64,000 nucleotides of DNA from a virus (Duplodnaviria > Caudoviricetes). The stretch spans positions 52,724 through 116,723 of IMG/VR virus record IMGVR_UViG_3300033463_006083. One strand, 5' to 3'. Below the pieces are notes generated by a model. The model had not been told where the DNA came from, did not search any database, and saw only the letters and a program-made list of their open reading frames with translations. The translations under genes were made by a program, and so were the position numbers. This document shows positions 25,258 through 46,339 of the stretch, piece after piece. The first letter of the stretch is position 1, and each line of letters starts with the position of its first letter.

Positions 25258-28134
25258 CTAAGCATCTTGTCCATTATTTGTTATATATAAAGTATTTGTA
25301 TTATCATCAAGTCTAACTTTTAATACCCCAGCAACAGTAGAACTTGCATTTTCAACTGTTACATTAGATACTGCTGTTTGTACAAAAGCTGTTGTAGCTA
25401 TTTTTGTAGAGTTATCAGTAGATGTTTGAGTTGTTGCAGTAACACTACTTGGAATAGCTCCACTTAATTGTGTTGCATCAAGAGTAGAGCTTGATGTTAA
25501 TGGAGTAATTGTATTACTTCCAAGAGTAATTGTTCCATTTTCTATTTTTGCATCAGTAATACCATAACCACTCAATGTAGTCGGATTTGTTCCAGCTGTG
25601 ACATGTCCTTTTGCATCTACCGTTACACTATTATATGTTCCTGCAGTTACACCTGAAGTATCATGTTTTAAAGTTAATACACCACTACTTCAAGTACCTG
25701 TAATACCATCACTACCTACAACTTTTGTATAGTTTTCACGAACTGTAACTGTCCAACCTGCAGTTTTATCTAGTTTATATACATATGTTTGATCACCTTG
25801 TTGATTATTACTGTGTGAACTTACGCTTCTATAATATTGAAATTCTACATTTGTTGGATTTGTTTCATCATTAACATATGCCATAAATGCTAATCTTGTT
25901 TGGCTTCCAGTTGCTGGGTTACTATTACTACTTGCTCTAGTATAAACAACATGTTTTGCAGTATAAGCTGTAAGAAAATCGTTTCAAGTAGAACTTCCAT
26001 ATTTTAAAATTGTCATACCTGACATAAAATTAGCATCATTTGTTAATTCACTTGTTTTAGTAGGTACTGTAACACTATTACTACCTAAAGTAATTGTTTG
26101 ACTTGAAATACTTGCATCTGTAATTCCATAACCTGCCAATGTTGTTGGATTTGTTCCAGCTGTAACATGACCTGTATCATTAACAGTTACACTTGTATAA
26201 GTACCCGCAGTTACACCAGAAGTCGCATGTGAAATTGTGCGGCTGCCGCTTGTAGTAATTGCAGCACTACTATCTATTGCAATAGGACCTGTAGCATTTA
26301 ATGTAACACTTGTTACTGTACCTGAAGGCTCATCACCTGAAGGAATTAATTCCCAAGTATTTGCATTAGAAGTTTTTGTTAAACATATAAATGTATCCCC
26401 AACTTTTGCAGTCTTAGATGCATATGTGCCATCAGTAATTACTTTATAAGTATCTCCAATATTTGCACTACCATCAACAGGTAAGGCAGTAATTGTACCT
26501 CCAGTACCTAAACTACCTTTAAATACCATTGGTTCTGGTAGATTATCAATAGCAGTATCAACATATGCAGTTGTAGCTATCTTTGTAGAATTATCTCCTT
26601 GGGTTTGTGTAGTTGCGGTAACCGCACTTGGAATAGCTCCTGTTAAAATACTTGCAGGTACAGATGTAATATTTGCTACTCCAGAAGTAGCTATCGATGT
26701 TCCATTTACTGAAACACCTGTAATAGCATCTCCTTCTTTTAATAATTTTTTACTACCACTATCTTTATTAGTTCCACTAGTAGAACCTACATATACATCT
26801 CCAGCATATCAAGCATTTCCACTCCAATCTACAGTAGCAGCATTTGATCTTGCATTGTCAGCAGTACCATTTCCAATAATATCTAAATATGTTTCATTAG
26901 ATTCAGAAATGTTATATCTACCTTGAACATGTTGATAATCACTTGCTGCAATAGTGTATTCTCCTTCAGCATGAGATTTTTGCCCTGATGCAACAGTTCC
27001 ACTACCTTCAGCATGAGCTGCATAGTCAGAAGCTGTAGTATAATAACCTTCTGCATGACCATATTTTCCTGATGCTGTACTAGAACGACCCTCAGCATGA
27101 GCATATTCATTTGATGCAGTAGTTGAACGACCTTCCGCATGAGAATAAGCACCAGATGCTTCAGTATTATATCCTTCTGTATGAGAAGCTTGTCCTTGTG
27201 CAATTGTACTATAACCCTCTGCATGAGCAGCCCATCCTTTGGCTATTGTATTATATCCTTCAGCATGGCTGCCAAAATTAGCAGCAAGAGTGTCATTTCC
27301 TTCCGCATGAGCACCTCTTGCAGAAGCTACATTTCCTCTTTTGAAAAAATAAATTGTATTTCCAACAGAAAAGACACTCATATCAGTATCTGATGATAAA
27401 GTAATTTCATCATCTTCTTGATTTATAGTAGTAACAAGACGATTATATCCATAATCTGCAGTACTAGTTAAACTTACATAGCATCCAATTAATGTAAGAT
27501 CTGGTTCTGTAGTAAGACCTAAAACATTAGAATTCTTTGAAGAAATAATTGCCGAACCAAAAGAAGTGTTAGTATCTCCATATCCTTCAGCATGAGCTCC
27601 TTCTCCACACAAAGCAATTGAATAGCTACCCTCAGCATGTGTAGCATAATCTAAAGCTTTTGTAGAATTTCCTTCTGCATGAGAATGACTTCCATCTGCT
27701 CGTGTACTTGCTCCTTCAGCATGTCCATTTGCTCCATTAGCCTGAGAATAATATCCCTCTGCATGAGATCTTGCCCCAATAGCTTTAGCACCATATCCTT
27801 CTGCATGAGTTGCTGTATTTCCTGCTGTAGTTTGAATTCCTTCCGCATGAGCACCATATCCTTCTGCTTTTGAATCTTGTCCTTCAACAAAAGCATAATC
27901 TCCAATAGTGTAATTATCATTTTCTACAAGAGTACCTATTCCTCTTAAACTTCCTGTAGCTGAGCCATTAACTAAATTATCATTAATTTCAGTTCCAGCA
28001 ATTTCAATTCTATTTGAAGAATCTTTATCCAAATAAATCTTTTTAGTATCAGTAGTTACAATAAATTGTCCTTCTGTAACAGGGAGGCTACTCAATTGAT
28101 TATCTTCAACTTTATACGGTTTAAAAATTGCCAT
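25258..28134 (-). CDS. Tail fibre/adhesin paralogue with long SHAEG repeat head (~958 aa; TGA=Trp)
   Basis: Track ORFs 25258, 25690, 25984 and 26809 share one frame; TAG at 25258. Shares blocks with 15183..18683. Confidence 0.82.
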
Positions 28135-28170
28135 AAAAATTCCTCCTTTTATTTCTTAATATTTTTCATT

Positions 28171-29550
28171 TTATATTGAACTACTAATTGTTTGCCATTC
28201 TAATAAATTTTCTGCATAATTTTTAGCACCATTAATTGTATCAGCGCTACCAGCATCTGAAGAGCTACCAATTAATGTAGTTTGAACATTACTTGCACTA
28301 CCAGCAGCATCATAATCTGTTGTTGCAGTATATGCGGCAGTACCTAATCCATAAACACTAACTGCATCTCCTTTTACTTTAATAGTACCATTTGTTGTCC
28401 CCGTTGTGATATCTGCTTTTTGTAAAGCACTATCTGCGGCAGTACCTTGTGCAGCAGTTGCATAATCAGTACTTGCTGTATATGCAGCGCTACCTAAACC
28501 ATAAACGCTAACTGCAGTACCATCAACTTTAATTGTACCATTTCCGCTTGTAGAATCTCCAGTTGTTACACTTTGAACTGCACTGTCCGCTTTTGCTCCT
28601 TGAGCCGCAGTAGCATAAGCATCTGTATTTGTATATGCTGCAGAACCTAAACCTTTTACACTAACTGCAGTATAATTAGTTCCGTCTACAGTATATTTAA
28701 TTTCACCATTATTAGCACCTTGAGCAATACTTTGAACAGCAGTTCCTGCCTTAGCTAATTCTGCAGTAACCGCATCCGCTAATTTAGCACTTGTTACAGC
28801 TTTTGCATCTAATTTATCAGTTGTAACGGCTCCATTCGCCAATTCAGTTGTTCCAATACTACCAGCTACAATAGTTGCACTAATTACATTATTACTATCG
28901 ATAGCTAATTGTACTTGTGTTGCATTTTGTTGTGCAGTATATACATCAACTAAATCTTTAGCTGCAATATATAATCTATCACTTGTCGCATTTGCGATAA
29001 TTAACTTAATATATTTTCCTGCATCTGAAGCACTTGCAGTTCCACTTCCTTTAATAAGAGATGTAACATCAATAAGTCCATCATATAATTTACCGGTTGT
29101 GCTATCATAAGTAATATCAACTACAGTACCGCTTGATACTACCATATCTTTAGGAATATCAATATTAGCACTTAAACCAGTTGCAGTTTGAGCAATTGCA
29201 TATCTTTTTGAATAAGGGTCTGTTGTTTGACCTGAAGTTTCTGTAACAGTAACGGTGTAATCAGTTGCCGCAGGAACACTTACATAAAGACCTTCTTCAC
29301 CTGAACCTGTTTGTAAACTAATATTATTTCCTGTTTTTGCAGAAATTTGAACATTAATTTTATTATTATCAGTTACTACAATGGAATCATCTTTTGCAAT
29401 TACTTGAGTTAAATAACCAGGAACATCTGTATTAGATAATTCAATAGTACCTAAATAAAATTTGCTACTATCTGTTAAATAATAAAAACAATCAGTGTCT
29501 TTGCTTAAAGTTGCATATTGAGCGGCTGTACACTTATAAAATTTAATCAT
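28171..29550 (-). CDS. Tail fibre-like protein with GLGSAAYT...YATAAQG..ADSA repeats
   Basis: Intact 459-aa track ORF; three to four internal repeats; A/T/G-rich. Confidence 0.75.
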   Translation of the reverse strand: MIKFYKCTAAQYATLSKDTDCFYYLTDSSKFYLGTIELSNTDVPGYLTQVIAKDDSIVVTDNNKINVQISAKTGNNISLQTGSGEEGLYVSVPAATDYTVTVTETSGQTTDPYSKRYAIAQTATGLSANIDIPKDMVVSSGTVVDITYDSTTGKLYDGLIDVTSLIKGSGTASASDAGKYIKLIIANATSDRLYIAAKDLVDVYTAQQNATQVQLAIDSNNVISATIVAGSIGTTELANGAVTTDKLDAKAVTSAKLADAVTAELAKAGTAVQSIAQGANNGEIKYTVDGTNYTAVSVKGLGSAAYTNTDAYATAAQGAKADSAVQSVTTGDSTSGNGTIKVDGTAVSVYGLGSAAYTASTDYATAAQGTAADSALQKADITTGTTNGTIKVKGDAVSVYGLGTAAYTATTDYDAAGSASNVQTTLIGSSSDAGSADTINGAKNYAENLLEWQTISSSI

Positions 29551-29581
29551 AATTTTATCCTTCCTCTCTTTTTAACATTTT

Positions 29582-30013
29582 TTATAAATCTTCCCAAATA
29601 GCTCCACCAACTATTGTATCATATTGATTGGTTGCGCCATTTCAACGATATAAAGTAGTTTCTTGAACGTAAAGAGTATCACTCTCTCCTTCAACAGGCA
29701 AACCACTATCTGAGAAAATTAAATTGGATTTTTGTCCTGTCATTTGAGTCCATAATCCATTATAATAACTCCATAGAGCGTTTTCTTGTCTTACGTAATA
29801 GAAACCTTCTATAGGAAAAGGAAGATTCTTTCTGGTATTTTCATCTGGCACCGTCATAATCGCGGCATAAGTTGTTCTTTTTTTATTTGTATCTAAATAA
29901 ATATTTCTATCATCTGTTGTAAAAATTAATTGCCCATCTCTAATTTTTATATCATTAAGTTTTTTAGATGTTGTGGCAATAAATTTCATTATTACTTTAT
30001 TTGGTATAGCCAT
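29582..30013 (-). CDS. Small tail-fibre N-terminal/adaptor-like protein (~143 aa; TGA=Trp)
   Basis: Track ORF 29642..30013 extends via TGA (LYRWNGAT..) to TAA at 29582. Confidence 0.7.
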
Positions 30014-30094
30014 AATAACATCCTCCTTCTAAACATATTCGAAAAATAGGACAATTTACTTGTTAGCTTTTGACCATAATAAAAAGCAAATAAA

Positions 30095-30121
30095 AAAAGC
30101 TAGTTATTAAATAACTAGCTT
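30095..30121 (-). terminator. Intrinsic terminator after the NlpC/P60-like lysin
   Basis: AGCTAGTTAT/ATAACTAGCT stem plus T-run on the minus strand. Confidence 0.7.
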
Positions 30122-30125
30122 AATT

Positions 30126-30980
30126 TTATAAATATTTTGTTCAATTATTTGGCAAATAAACTGTTTTACCATCATATAAAACTTTATCCCAAGTATATCC
30201 ATCTGATTTACCTACTGCTTTACCAAGTAGTTCACATTTAGTTCCCTTTGGAATAACTTTATATTTAGGATTTTTAAATCCATATCCATTTAATCTACAC
30301 CATACTCCTGTAGTTAATTGAATATATTTTTTAGTTTTTCCGCTTATAATTTCATTAACTCTATTTTGAACTTCACGATAATTATATCCTGCGGCTTCTA
30401 ATCTTTTCTTTCTGTCTTCACCATTTCCCCATTTACCAGCAATAACTTCTTGAGCTATCTCATCAATGGTTTTTTTACTAGGATCTTGATCACTATAATC
30501 AATATATTTTAATTTTCCATGATAAGTCCAACGTAAATTTTTAACGCCTTTATAATATCTATAACCATTTTTATCAATATCACTAATTATAGCTTTTCCA
30601 GTTCCCCATCCAGTTGTATCTTCAAATACTTTACCGTTACCTAAATAAATTCCTGTATGATTATATTTAGTTCCTCTCATACATAAATATTCTCCAGGTA
30701 CTAAATTACTAAAGTTGGTGCTTACATTGGTGCATGTTTCATAAACGGAATTACAAGTAAAATCAGGTACACCATTTGACTTATAAACAGTTCCACCTCT
30801 AAATAAATTTTTATCAGCTTTAAAACCCCATAAAATAGATTTTACAGATACAACACAATCAAATTGCCATTTACCATTTTTTAATGTTGATCATCCAGAC
30901 CCACTATGGTATACATTTGGAACATCATTAACAAGCCATTTTAATTTGTCAATAAATTGTTTACTTTTAAATACTGCCAT
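30126..30980 (-). CDS. Endolysin: NlpC/P60-like Cys-His peptidase, Cpl-7-type binding repeat and SH3-like domain (~284 aa; TGA=Trp)
   Basis: ATG 30980 after AAGGAGG; TGA at 30891 and 30141; TAA at 30126. Motifs WQFDC.., HTGIYLGNG, IDEIAQEVIAGKWGNGEDRKKRLEAAGYNY..VQ.RVN. Confidence 0.8.
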
Positions 30981-31065
30981 AAAACATCTTCCTCCTTATT
31001 TATATTTGAAAAATTGCATATTTTACTTGTTACTATTTGTCCTTGCTTAAAAATTTATACAAAAT

Positions 31066-31091
31066 AAAAAAGACTAGTTATAAACTAGTCT
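31066..31091 (-). terminator. Intrinsic terminator after the M23 lysin
   Basis: AGACTAGTT/AACTAGTCT stem plus T-run on the minus strand. Confidence 0.65.
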
Positions 31092-31908
31092 ATTTATTCA
31101 TTACTTTAATAGCATCAATAGTTTCACCTATATTACCAGCATAACCATTTTTACTATCTTTAGTGTTATATCCAGTTACATATCCTAACCAACGATTAGA
31201 ATTTTTCAAATGAACTTGATATTTATATTTGTCTGTTTTTATAGCAACAGCATCAACATCGTTAGGTAAATTACCCGCATAATCGCTAAATGATTTTACT
31301 GCAGGCAACCATTTTTTCTTAACTTTATCATGTACTTTATATTCAGTTACATCTTCAATGCGGAAACCGCTTATTCCATGACCTAAATTTCCTGCATAAT
31401 CATTTGCATTAATTTTTACTTTAGGTAACCATCTGTTCGCATTATTATCATATGTTTGATAATATTTTACATTTGCGCCAGGTAAATCCGCATCTAAATA
31501 TGGTTGAGGATTGATTCTTGTATCATTTGAAGTTCTTACTTCAAAATGTAAATGAGCTCCAAATGAATATCCTGTATTTCCCATATAACCAATTTGTTGT
31601 CCCTTAGATACATATTGTCCTTTTTTTACATATACTTTTTCCATATGTGCATAAAGAGTATAATATCCATTAGGATGTTTAATTTTTACGCAGTTACCAT
31701 AACTTGCATTTCCAGTTGCTTTTGGATTGTTTTTATATCCTGTTTGACAAAAAACTACAGTTCCTTCAGTATGAGCTTTAATTGGGCAAGTTGCACAAGC
31801 CCATTTAACTAAATCAATACCTCTATGACTTGTAGCTGAATAATATTGTGTAATACGATAATCTGTACAATCTAAAACTCTACATCCTGTTAGTTTAGTT
31901 ACTGCCAT
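31090..31908 (-). CDS. Endolysin, M23 family metallopeptidase with C-terminal WLP-type repeats
   Basis: HRGID, YGN.V.I.H, TLYAHM, GNTG.S.GAHLHFEV motifs. Confidence 0.88.
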   Translation of the reverse strand: MAVTKLTGCRVLDCTDYRITQYYSATSHRGIDLVKWACATCPIKAHTEGTVVFCQTGYKNNPKATGNASYGNCVKIKHPNGYYTLYAHMEKVYVKKGQYVSKGQQIGYMGNTGYSFGAHLHFEVRTSNDTRINPQPYLDADLPGANVKYYQTYDNNANRWLPKVKINANDYAGNLGHGISGFRIEDVTEYKVHDKVKKKWLPAVKSFSDYAGNLPNDVDAVAIKTDKYKYQVHLKNSNRWLGYVTGYNTKDSKNGYAGNIGETIDAIKVMNK

Positions 31909-32230
31909 CTTCTACTGGTTCCTCAGCAGTTTGTTCTTCTGCCTCAGCTGGCTCAGTATCTTCTGTTTCATTAAATTCTGTAATGAATTCTTCAGGATTT
32001 TGAAGCTCGTGTCCAATATCTCCTAAATCTTCTTCTTTTTCTCTTAAATCAAATAATTTTCCACCAACTAAATATAAACTGATAACACCAGCTACTACGA
32101 TAACACTAGCAGTGATTTTATCAATACTCCAACCCCAAATTTGGGCTAATCCTAGTAATAATGCGTTAATCATATTTAAAGCATTAACAGCATATTTACT
32201 AAATTTCTTGATTTTTTCCATCTTTGTCAT
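31895..32230 (-). CDS. Probable holin
   Basis: Two hydrophobic helices and an acidic tail; overlaps the lysin start. Confidence 0.65.
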   Translation of the reverse strand: MTKMEKIKKFSKYAVNALNMINALLLGLAQIWGWSIDKITASVIVVAGVISLYLVGGKLFDLREKEEDLGDIGHELQNPEEFITEFNETEDTEPAEAEEQTAEEPVEDGSN

Positions 32231-32235
32231 TAGAT

Positions 32236-32460
32236 TTATTCCTCCTCTTCTTTTCTATCTTCCTCAACTTCTTGTTCTTCTGAACCAGTTTCTGAAGTTC
32301 CAATAGAGGCTGCCGCCATTTTGTATTGATCGATTTGTTGATTATAATTTTGAGTAACTTCATTTAACAAATCTTTCATTACATAATAAACTTCTTCAAC
32401 TGTTAACTGCGAACCATTAATAAGACGAACAAGTTGTTGTTTGAAGCTGTATAATTTCAT
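32236..32460 (-). CDS. Hypothetical protein
   Basis: Track ORF with AAAGGAG RBS. Confidence 0.65.
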   Translation of the reverse strand: MKLYSFKQQLVRLINGSQLTVEEVYYVMKDLLNEVTQNYNQQIDQYKMAAASIGTSETGSEEQEVEEDRKEEEE

Positions 32461-32482
32461 ATCCTTTTATCTCCTTTCTATA

Positions 32483-32773
32483 TTAAACATCTATTGCACC
32501 AGAATATTTTTCTAGTGTTTTTAGATATTCATAAGCATCATCAACAGTAAGTGTATCATCATAATCAATTTCTTCCTCAGATTCTGCAATATACACAGTG
32601 TCTGTTTGAATACTATATTTAGGTTTATTTTTATCTCTTTCTCTTTCCTCTTCATTAACATAAGAATAAACTCTAATTATCGTTTGTTTATTTACAACAT
32701 TTTCTATATCATATATTCTATGATATTCAGTAGGAATACCATTTGATTGAATAATTAATTTTTTTAAAGCCAT
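32483..32773 (-). CDS. Small protein downstream of the tail spike gene (possible fibre chaperone)
   Basis: MALKK.I...NGI..EYHRI...AYEYLKTLEKYSGAIDV; function inferred from position. Confidence 0.6.
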   Translation of the reverse strand: MALKKLIIQSNGIPTEYHRIYDIENVVNKQTIIRVYSYVNEEERERDKNKPKYSIQTDTVYIAESEEEIDYDDTLTVDDAYEYLKTLEKYSGAIDV

Positions 32774-32775
32774 AT

Positions 32776-35700
32776 TTATTCTCCTTTTATCTCATCTATT
32801 TCAGCTTGCATTTCTTGAAGTGCTTTTCAAGTCATCATAACTGCAGAATATAAATCAACTGCATCTCGATCATGAGTTAATGCTTTTTCTGCATAGTGAT
32901 AATTTCCACCTTCATCAGGAATAATCATTCCTACATGTTTCTTATCTCCATCATCTTCAAATTTCCAATTAAAATTAACAATATCCGTATTTAAAATTTG
33001 ATTTAAACAACCATCATCTGCAACAATATTTTTCTTTTTAGATTCAAGAGAACCGTTGTTATATGAAGCAGCTCATACTCCCGTAGCCTTCATATATGCA
33101 GAATTGCTACCTTTTCAAATTCCTATATATGAACTATCATCTGATGATGTAAATTTAATAGATTTATTATTTGCAGTTACAGTATCTATTTCAAGTTTAA
33201 TTGTTCCTGCACTATTTGAAACTTTAACATTTCCTGGGATAATCTTAGTATAATTAAAACTACCCGAAGATCCCGCACCTCTTGCTATAATAGAATCTTT
33301 ACCAACACAATTTCTCGCATTCGTAAAAGTAGTATCATCTGTAAAATCAAAATCTCCAACAATAAAACCATTTTTACACTCTTCATTACTACCTTCAAGT
33401 ACAATTGAACCTTTATTAAATTGACCTCCAGCAATCTGAATACCTTCTGTTTTTACATTACCTGTATTACTAACTTCAAATTTACCGAATTTTACAGAAC
33501 CATCATTATTTAAATAAAAGTCATTTTTATCATCATATTTAATTGCTCCATCATTAATATATCATTTTCCAATTTGACCAGACGTAGCTTCAATATTACC
33601 TTTAATAGAAACATTTCTTGCAACTAACTCTCCAGCTTCAGATACTTTAAAAGCGCTACCTTGCGCATTTTCACCTGCAGCTCCAAGAGCAATTCCATTA
33701 GTTCCAATATAGAATCCTGATACATTTGCATCAATATTTACTTTGTCTCCAGAATAAATATAACTATACTCTACATAAGGATTTTCACCAATTTTAATTT
33801 TATTTCTTCCGCTACCAAAAGAACCCGCAGTAGCTTTAACTTCACCAGTTAAGTCCACCTCTGTTGCGGTTAATTTACCATCTTTATCAATAACAAACTT
33901 TCTATTTCCAAATCTAATTTCAGGAGTCGCTAAATCTATCAATAGACCGCTACCATCTAAAACAGAATCTACGTAACTACCACCATAAATTAATGCTTTT
34001 GAATCTCCTAAATTAATTCCTGGACCTGGGTCAAGAATAATTTGACCAGTACCCGCGCGTCCAAAGATAGCCTTTCCAGTATCAGAATCTAAAAATAAAG
34101 TTCTCTCTCCATGATGATATCCTAATAAACCAGATTCAATATCATCACTATCTTTTTCTCTAACAGAACCCATTAACAATCCTGTAAAACTATTATCCGC
34201 TTCCTTATGTCCAGCTCCTATTTGGGGAGTTAAAATAATACCTCCATCTTCATTTAAAGAAATAGAATTTCCATCTCATCCATTTAATGCAGAATGTCTG
34301 TATCTATCTAAATAAAGATATAAAGGAATATGTATTCTTCCAATTTCTATATTATCAATATCTAAAATTTTGACTTCTAATGCATTTGTAACATTTTGTC
34401 CGTCATAAATATCATTTGGTTTTAAAAATTTTTCATTTTTATTTAAAGAATTATCATTTTCAATAATAAAATTATAGTCATTAGCAAATATACCTATTGC
34501 ATAGTTAAAAATTCTACCATGTCTATATCATTCATAATTTACAGCATATTCATTATTAATTATTGAAATATCTTCAAGCAATCCATTAATTTTTTTAGTA
34601 ACTCTAATTGTAAATGGAGTTGAATTACTGTAAGCAGGAAAACGTCCATCATCACTATATTTTACAAATCTAAAACCAGTATTTTTCTTTAATTCAATAG
34701 CATAATCATTTTCTAAAGATACTAATTTAACAGTAATTACTGGTAACATAGCATAATGTACAACATTATTATATAAAATTTCTGCTTTTACAATATTCGC
34801 GGCATTCTCTTTATATCCCAAGTCTCTAAAATGATAACCGTTTTCATCATAAACAACTTTTATAGAAGACTCATCTTCTTTTATATCATTATAGGTATTT
34901 CTCAATATTGACCAATCTATATGAATATCTTCTGTAGAGTCAGAGCCACTAAAAAATAACTCTCCGTCTTTTCAAAGTTCTACCTTAAATCATTTATCAG
35001 TATTGTAATAATTATAATTTTCACTGCGTTCATAATTTAAACAGCCAAAATTAAAACTACCATTAACAATCATTGGATAGCAATTATTTTCATAATTTTC
35101 ATCATCTGGTGAATTAGGTACAATTTTACAAACAATATCAGTTCCATTTGTACCAGGTTCTCCATCTTTTGTGAAAGTAAAAGTTGTTTTTTTCTTTAAA
35201 AACAAACCTTTGTATATAACATTTAATTCAATGTTATTGTTATATAATTTATTCTCATCATAATTATCTGCTAACTCATAATTAAGAGTCATCTCATTAC
35301 TATCTTTTGCAATAATTAAAGTATTATCTTTAGGAATAATTCATTGAACACGACAAGTATTTAAAGCATCTCCAGATACAATTTTTCCATTGTTATCATA
35401 TAACATTACCTTAAGAGGCTCTAATATAATAGGATTATTTAAAGATTGATTAGTTGGAGCAATACCATTTACTGTATAATGAAAAGTTTGAGTACCATTT
35501 AAAATATCAATATAATATTCTCCCTCAGTTTCTTTTTTATTGTATACAATATAGCTTGCTGTTCCCAATAAAATATTGTTATTTTTAATAACCGCACATT
35601 TAAAAATTGCCTGATCAATAACCTTTGTTAAATCTAAGTCATATAAAGTATTAGCTTCTACTCTTTGATTATGTTTTTCTATAATCGTTAATAAACTATC

Positions 35701-37191
35701 TAATTCTTCTTGGCTTGCGGCTGCCAAAGCCAATCCTGTTTCAACTCTAGATAATAACTCATCATATTTAGCTTTAGCTGTATTATAAATTTCGTTTTCT
35801 TCTATCGTTTCTTCTAATTGATGATATATATTATCACTATCAATATATCCTCAATTATATGTATAGGTGTCTTCATTATTAGAAATAATTTCTTCATTAT
35901 TAATTAAACATTTTAATATTGGATGTCCATGATCAAAATAAAAAGTATCTCCTTCACTACATTCAATACTTAAATTATATATTGCAGCATAATTAGGAAT
36001 CATAACTGATTGTGCGGCAATCACTTTATTCTTTTTAACCGCAACACATTTAATAATAGTCTCTTGAGATAATAAATCTGCTTTAGTAATTATCATTAAA
36101 TTATTACTAATATAATATTTTTTATCATCTGTAATATTATAATCATTTAAACATTCCCATCCAGGACCGCCTTCTAAACAATATTCAGGCGATGTATTTG
36201 TAATAGATACATTTTCTTTAAATCAATAGGTTTGTATATTGTCATCTGTTACATATTGATTTTTATATAAAATTTTTGCATTTAATTTCATTTTTGTAGT
36301 ATCTGCATCATATCCATCAAAATATTTTTTTCCATCAATTTGAATTTGTAAATCATATAAATCTTGAATATTAGTATCTGTTTCATTTAATAAACTAAAT
36401 TCAAAATTTCTTGCAAATATATCATTTTCTTTTGCCACTTCTTGAAAAGGAAAATCTTTTGAAAATAAATATATTTTTTTAATACCTACGAAATTATCAA
36501 CATTAATTTTAAAAATTTTATATTGACGAACAAAAGAAGAAAGACTATAAGGATCTCCCTTCATTTGATTAATATCTAAAACAAAAGAATTAGTAATTAT
36601 TTCTTGTGTTGAGTCATTTAAAAAATCTATATCAAAAATAAGACCATAATTACCATTTTTGTGTTGTAATAAATCTAAATCAGTTTTAAATTCAGCACCA
36701 CATAAAATATTATTTTTATCTGTTATATTCTTCTCAATAAAATCTATATCTATATTAATATTATTTTCATTAGTATCTCTATCATAAAGAACGCATTCAT
36801 CATATTCTTTGTATGAACAAAGTCCGAATTCTTGAGATGCAGAAATACAATTACCACTTGTATTTAAATACTTATCCTCTTCTTCAACAATATTAGTATA
36901 CTCTATTTGATTTTTATCTGCGGCACTTATAATCATTTTATCTAAATTAAAATCTCCATTAGGAACTAAAATATTTACCAAAGTTCCAGATGGATAATAA
37001 ATTTCTGTATTATTTGAAAAAGCTTCAAATTCACTATCTTGATATTTAACAATATATTTTCCCAATAAACTGTTTACCGAATCAACAATAGTGGCTTGAA
37101 TAGTTCTATCATATCCAGCCTTATTAATTGCATTTGTAGTAATTGTTTCAATAGCATCTAATATTCTATTTTCATAATCTGTACTATTCAT
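32776..37191 (-). CDS. Large tail tip/central spike protein with a C-terminal S74-like intramolecular chaperone (~1471 aa; TGA=Trp)
   Basis: Six track ORFs (33562 to 36223) share one frame; TAA at 32776. C-terminus SLESKKKNI...FNWK..KHVGMII...VDLYSAV..TWKALQEM. Confidence 0.8.
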
Positions 37192-37276
37192 TTTAAGGCC
37201 ACACTCCTTTTTTCTCTAATTTCCTTTAAAATATATTAAGATTTATTAAATATTATTAATTATCTTAGACCAAATA

Positions 37277-37295
37277 AAAAAGAAGATAGCTTTCA

Positions 37296-37304
<9 letters not shown>
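37277..37304 (-). terminator. Intrinsic terminator at the end of the tape measure gene
   Basis: AGAAGATAG/CTATCTTCT stem plus T-run. Confidence 0.6.
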
Positions 37305-45641
<8,337 letters not shown>

Positions 45642-45747
45642 ATCCTTTTGCCTCCTTTTACTTTCTTCCAAATAAAAAAATTCCTCTTTATCTATTATGA
45701 TAAAAAGGAATGATTTATTAACCTAAAATACCCATGCAAAAATATTA

Positions 45748-46278
45748 TTATTCTATTTCTCTTCCACCATTTGCAGCTTTTGCAAAATTAAGCACCTCTT
45801 GATATTTATTTTTATCAAAAGAATTAACAATTTGTTGTGCGGCCTCTGCATTTCTAGGTAAGTCATCTATTATTTTAGTAATAATTGCGGCAGCAGTTGT
45901 ATTATATCTCAATTCATTTTCAATTTTTTCATTAACCATATTTAAAAGTCCATTATATTCATTTTCATCCATTGCCGCAATAACTTGATTTATAATTCCA
46001 TTGCTTTGTAATGTATCATATAATTTATACTCATCTTCTCTTTGTTTGTCTGTAAAAGTAATATTTGTATATAAATATATTAAATTAAGATGAAAAAACA
46101 TATCAACTTTAATAGGATTATATAATTTTCCTTCTTTTGCTTTTTGTAAAGTAATATCAATTAAATCTATTTTATCTTGAATAGGTAAATATTGAATAAT
46201 TTCTATATCAGTATTTTCAATTTTTTTAATTTCTTCTTTTGTTTTTAACTTTAAACTTGAATAAGTAATTTTTGTCAT
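45748..46278 (-). CDS. Probable tail assembly chaperone
   Basis: Intact ORF immediately upstream of the TMP, with RBS. Confidence 0.6.
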   Translation of the reverse strand: MTKITYSSLKLKTKEEIKKIENTDIEIIQYLPIQDKIDLIDITLQKAKEGKLYNPIKVDMFFHLNLIYLYTNITFTDKQREDEYKLYDTLQSNGIINQVIAAMDENEYNGLLNMVNEKIENELRYNTTAAAIITKIIDDLPRNAEAAQQIVNSFDKNKYQEVLNFAKAANGGREIE

Positions 46279-46307
46279 ACTTATTTCCTCCTTTTTTCTC
46301 TAAATAT

Positions 46308-46336
46308 ATTTTACAAGATATTTTTTATCTTGTCAA
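46308..46336 (-). promoter_or_regulatory. SigA-type promoter
   Basis: TTGACA-17 nt-TAAAAT. Confidence 0.6.
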
Positions 46337-46339
46337 ATT

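Noticed and set aside
15183-28134. Diversity-generating retroelement or invertase shufflon behind the fibre repeats
   Set aside because: No reverse transcriptase or recombinase in the window; repeats are same-strand, coding, and I saw no adenine-specific pattern of differences.
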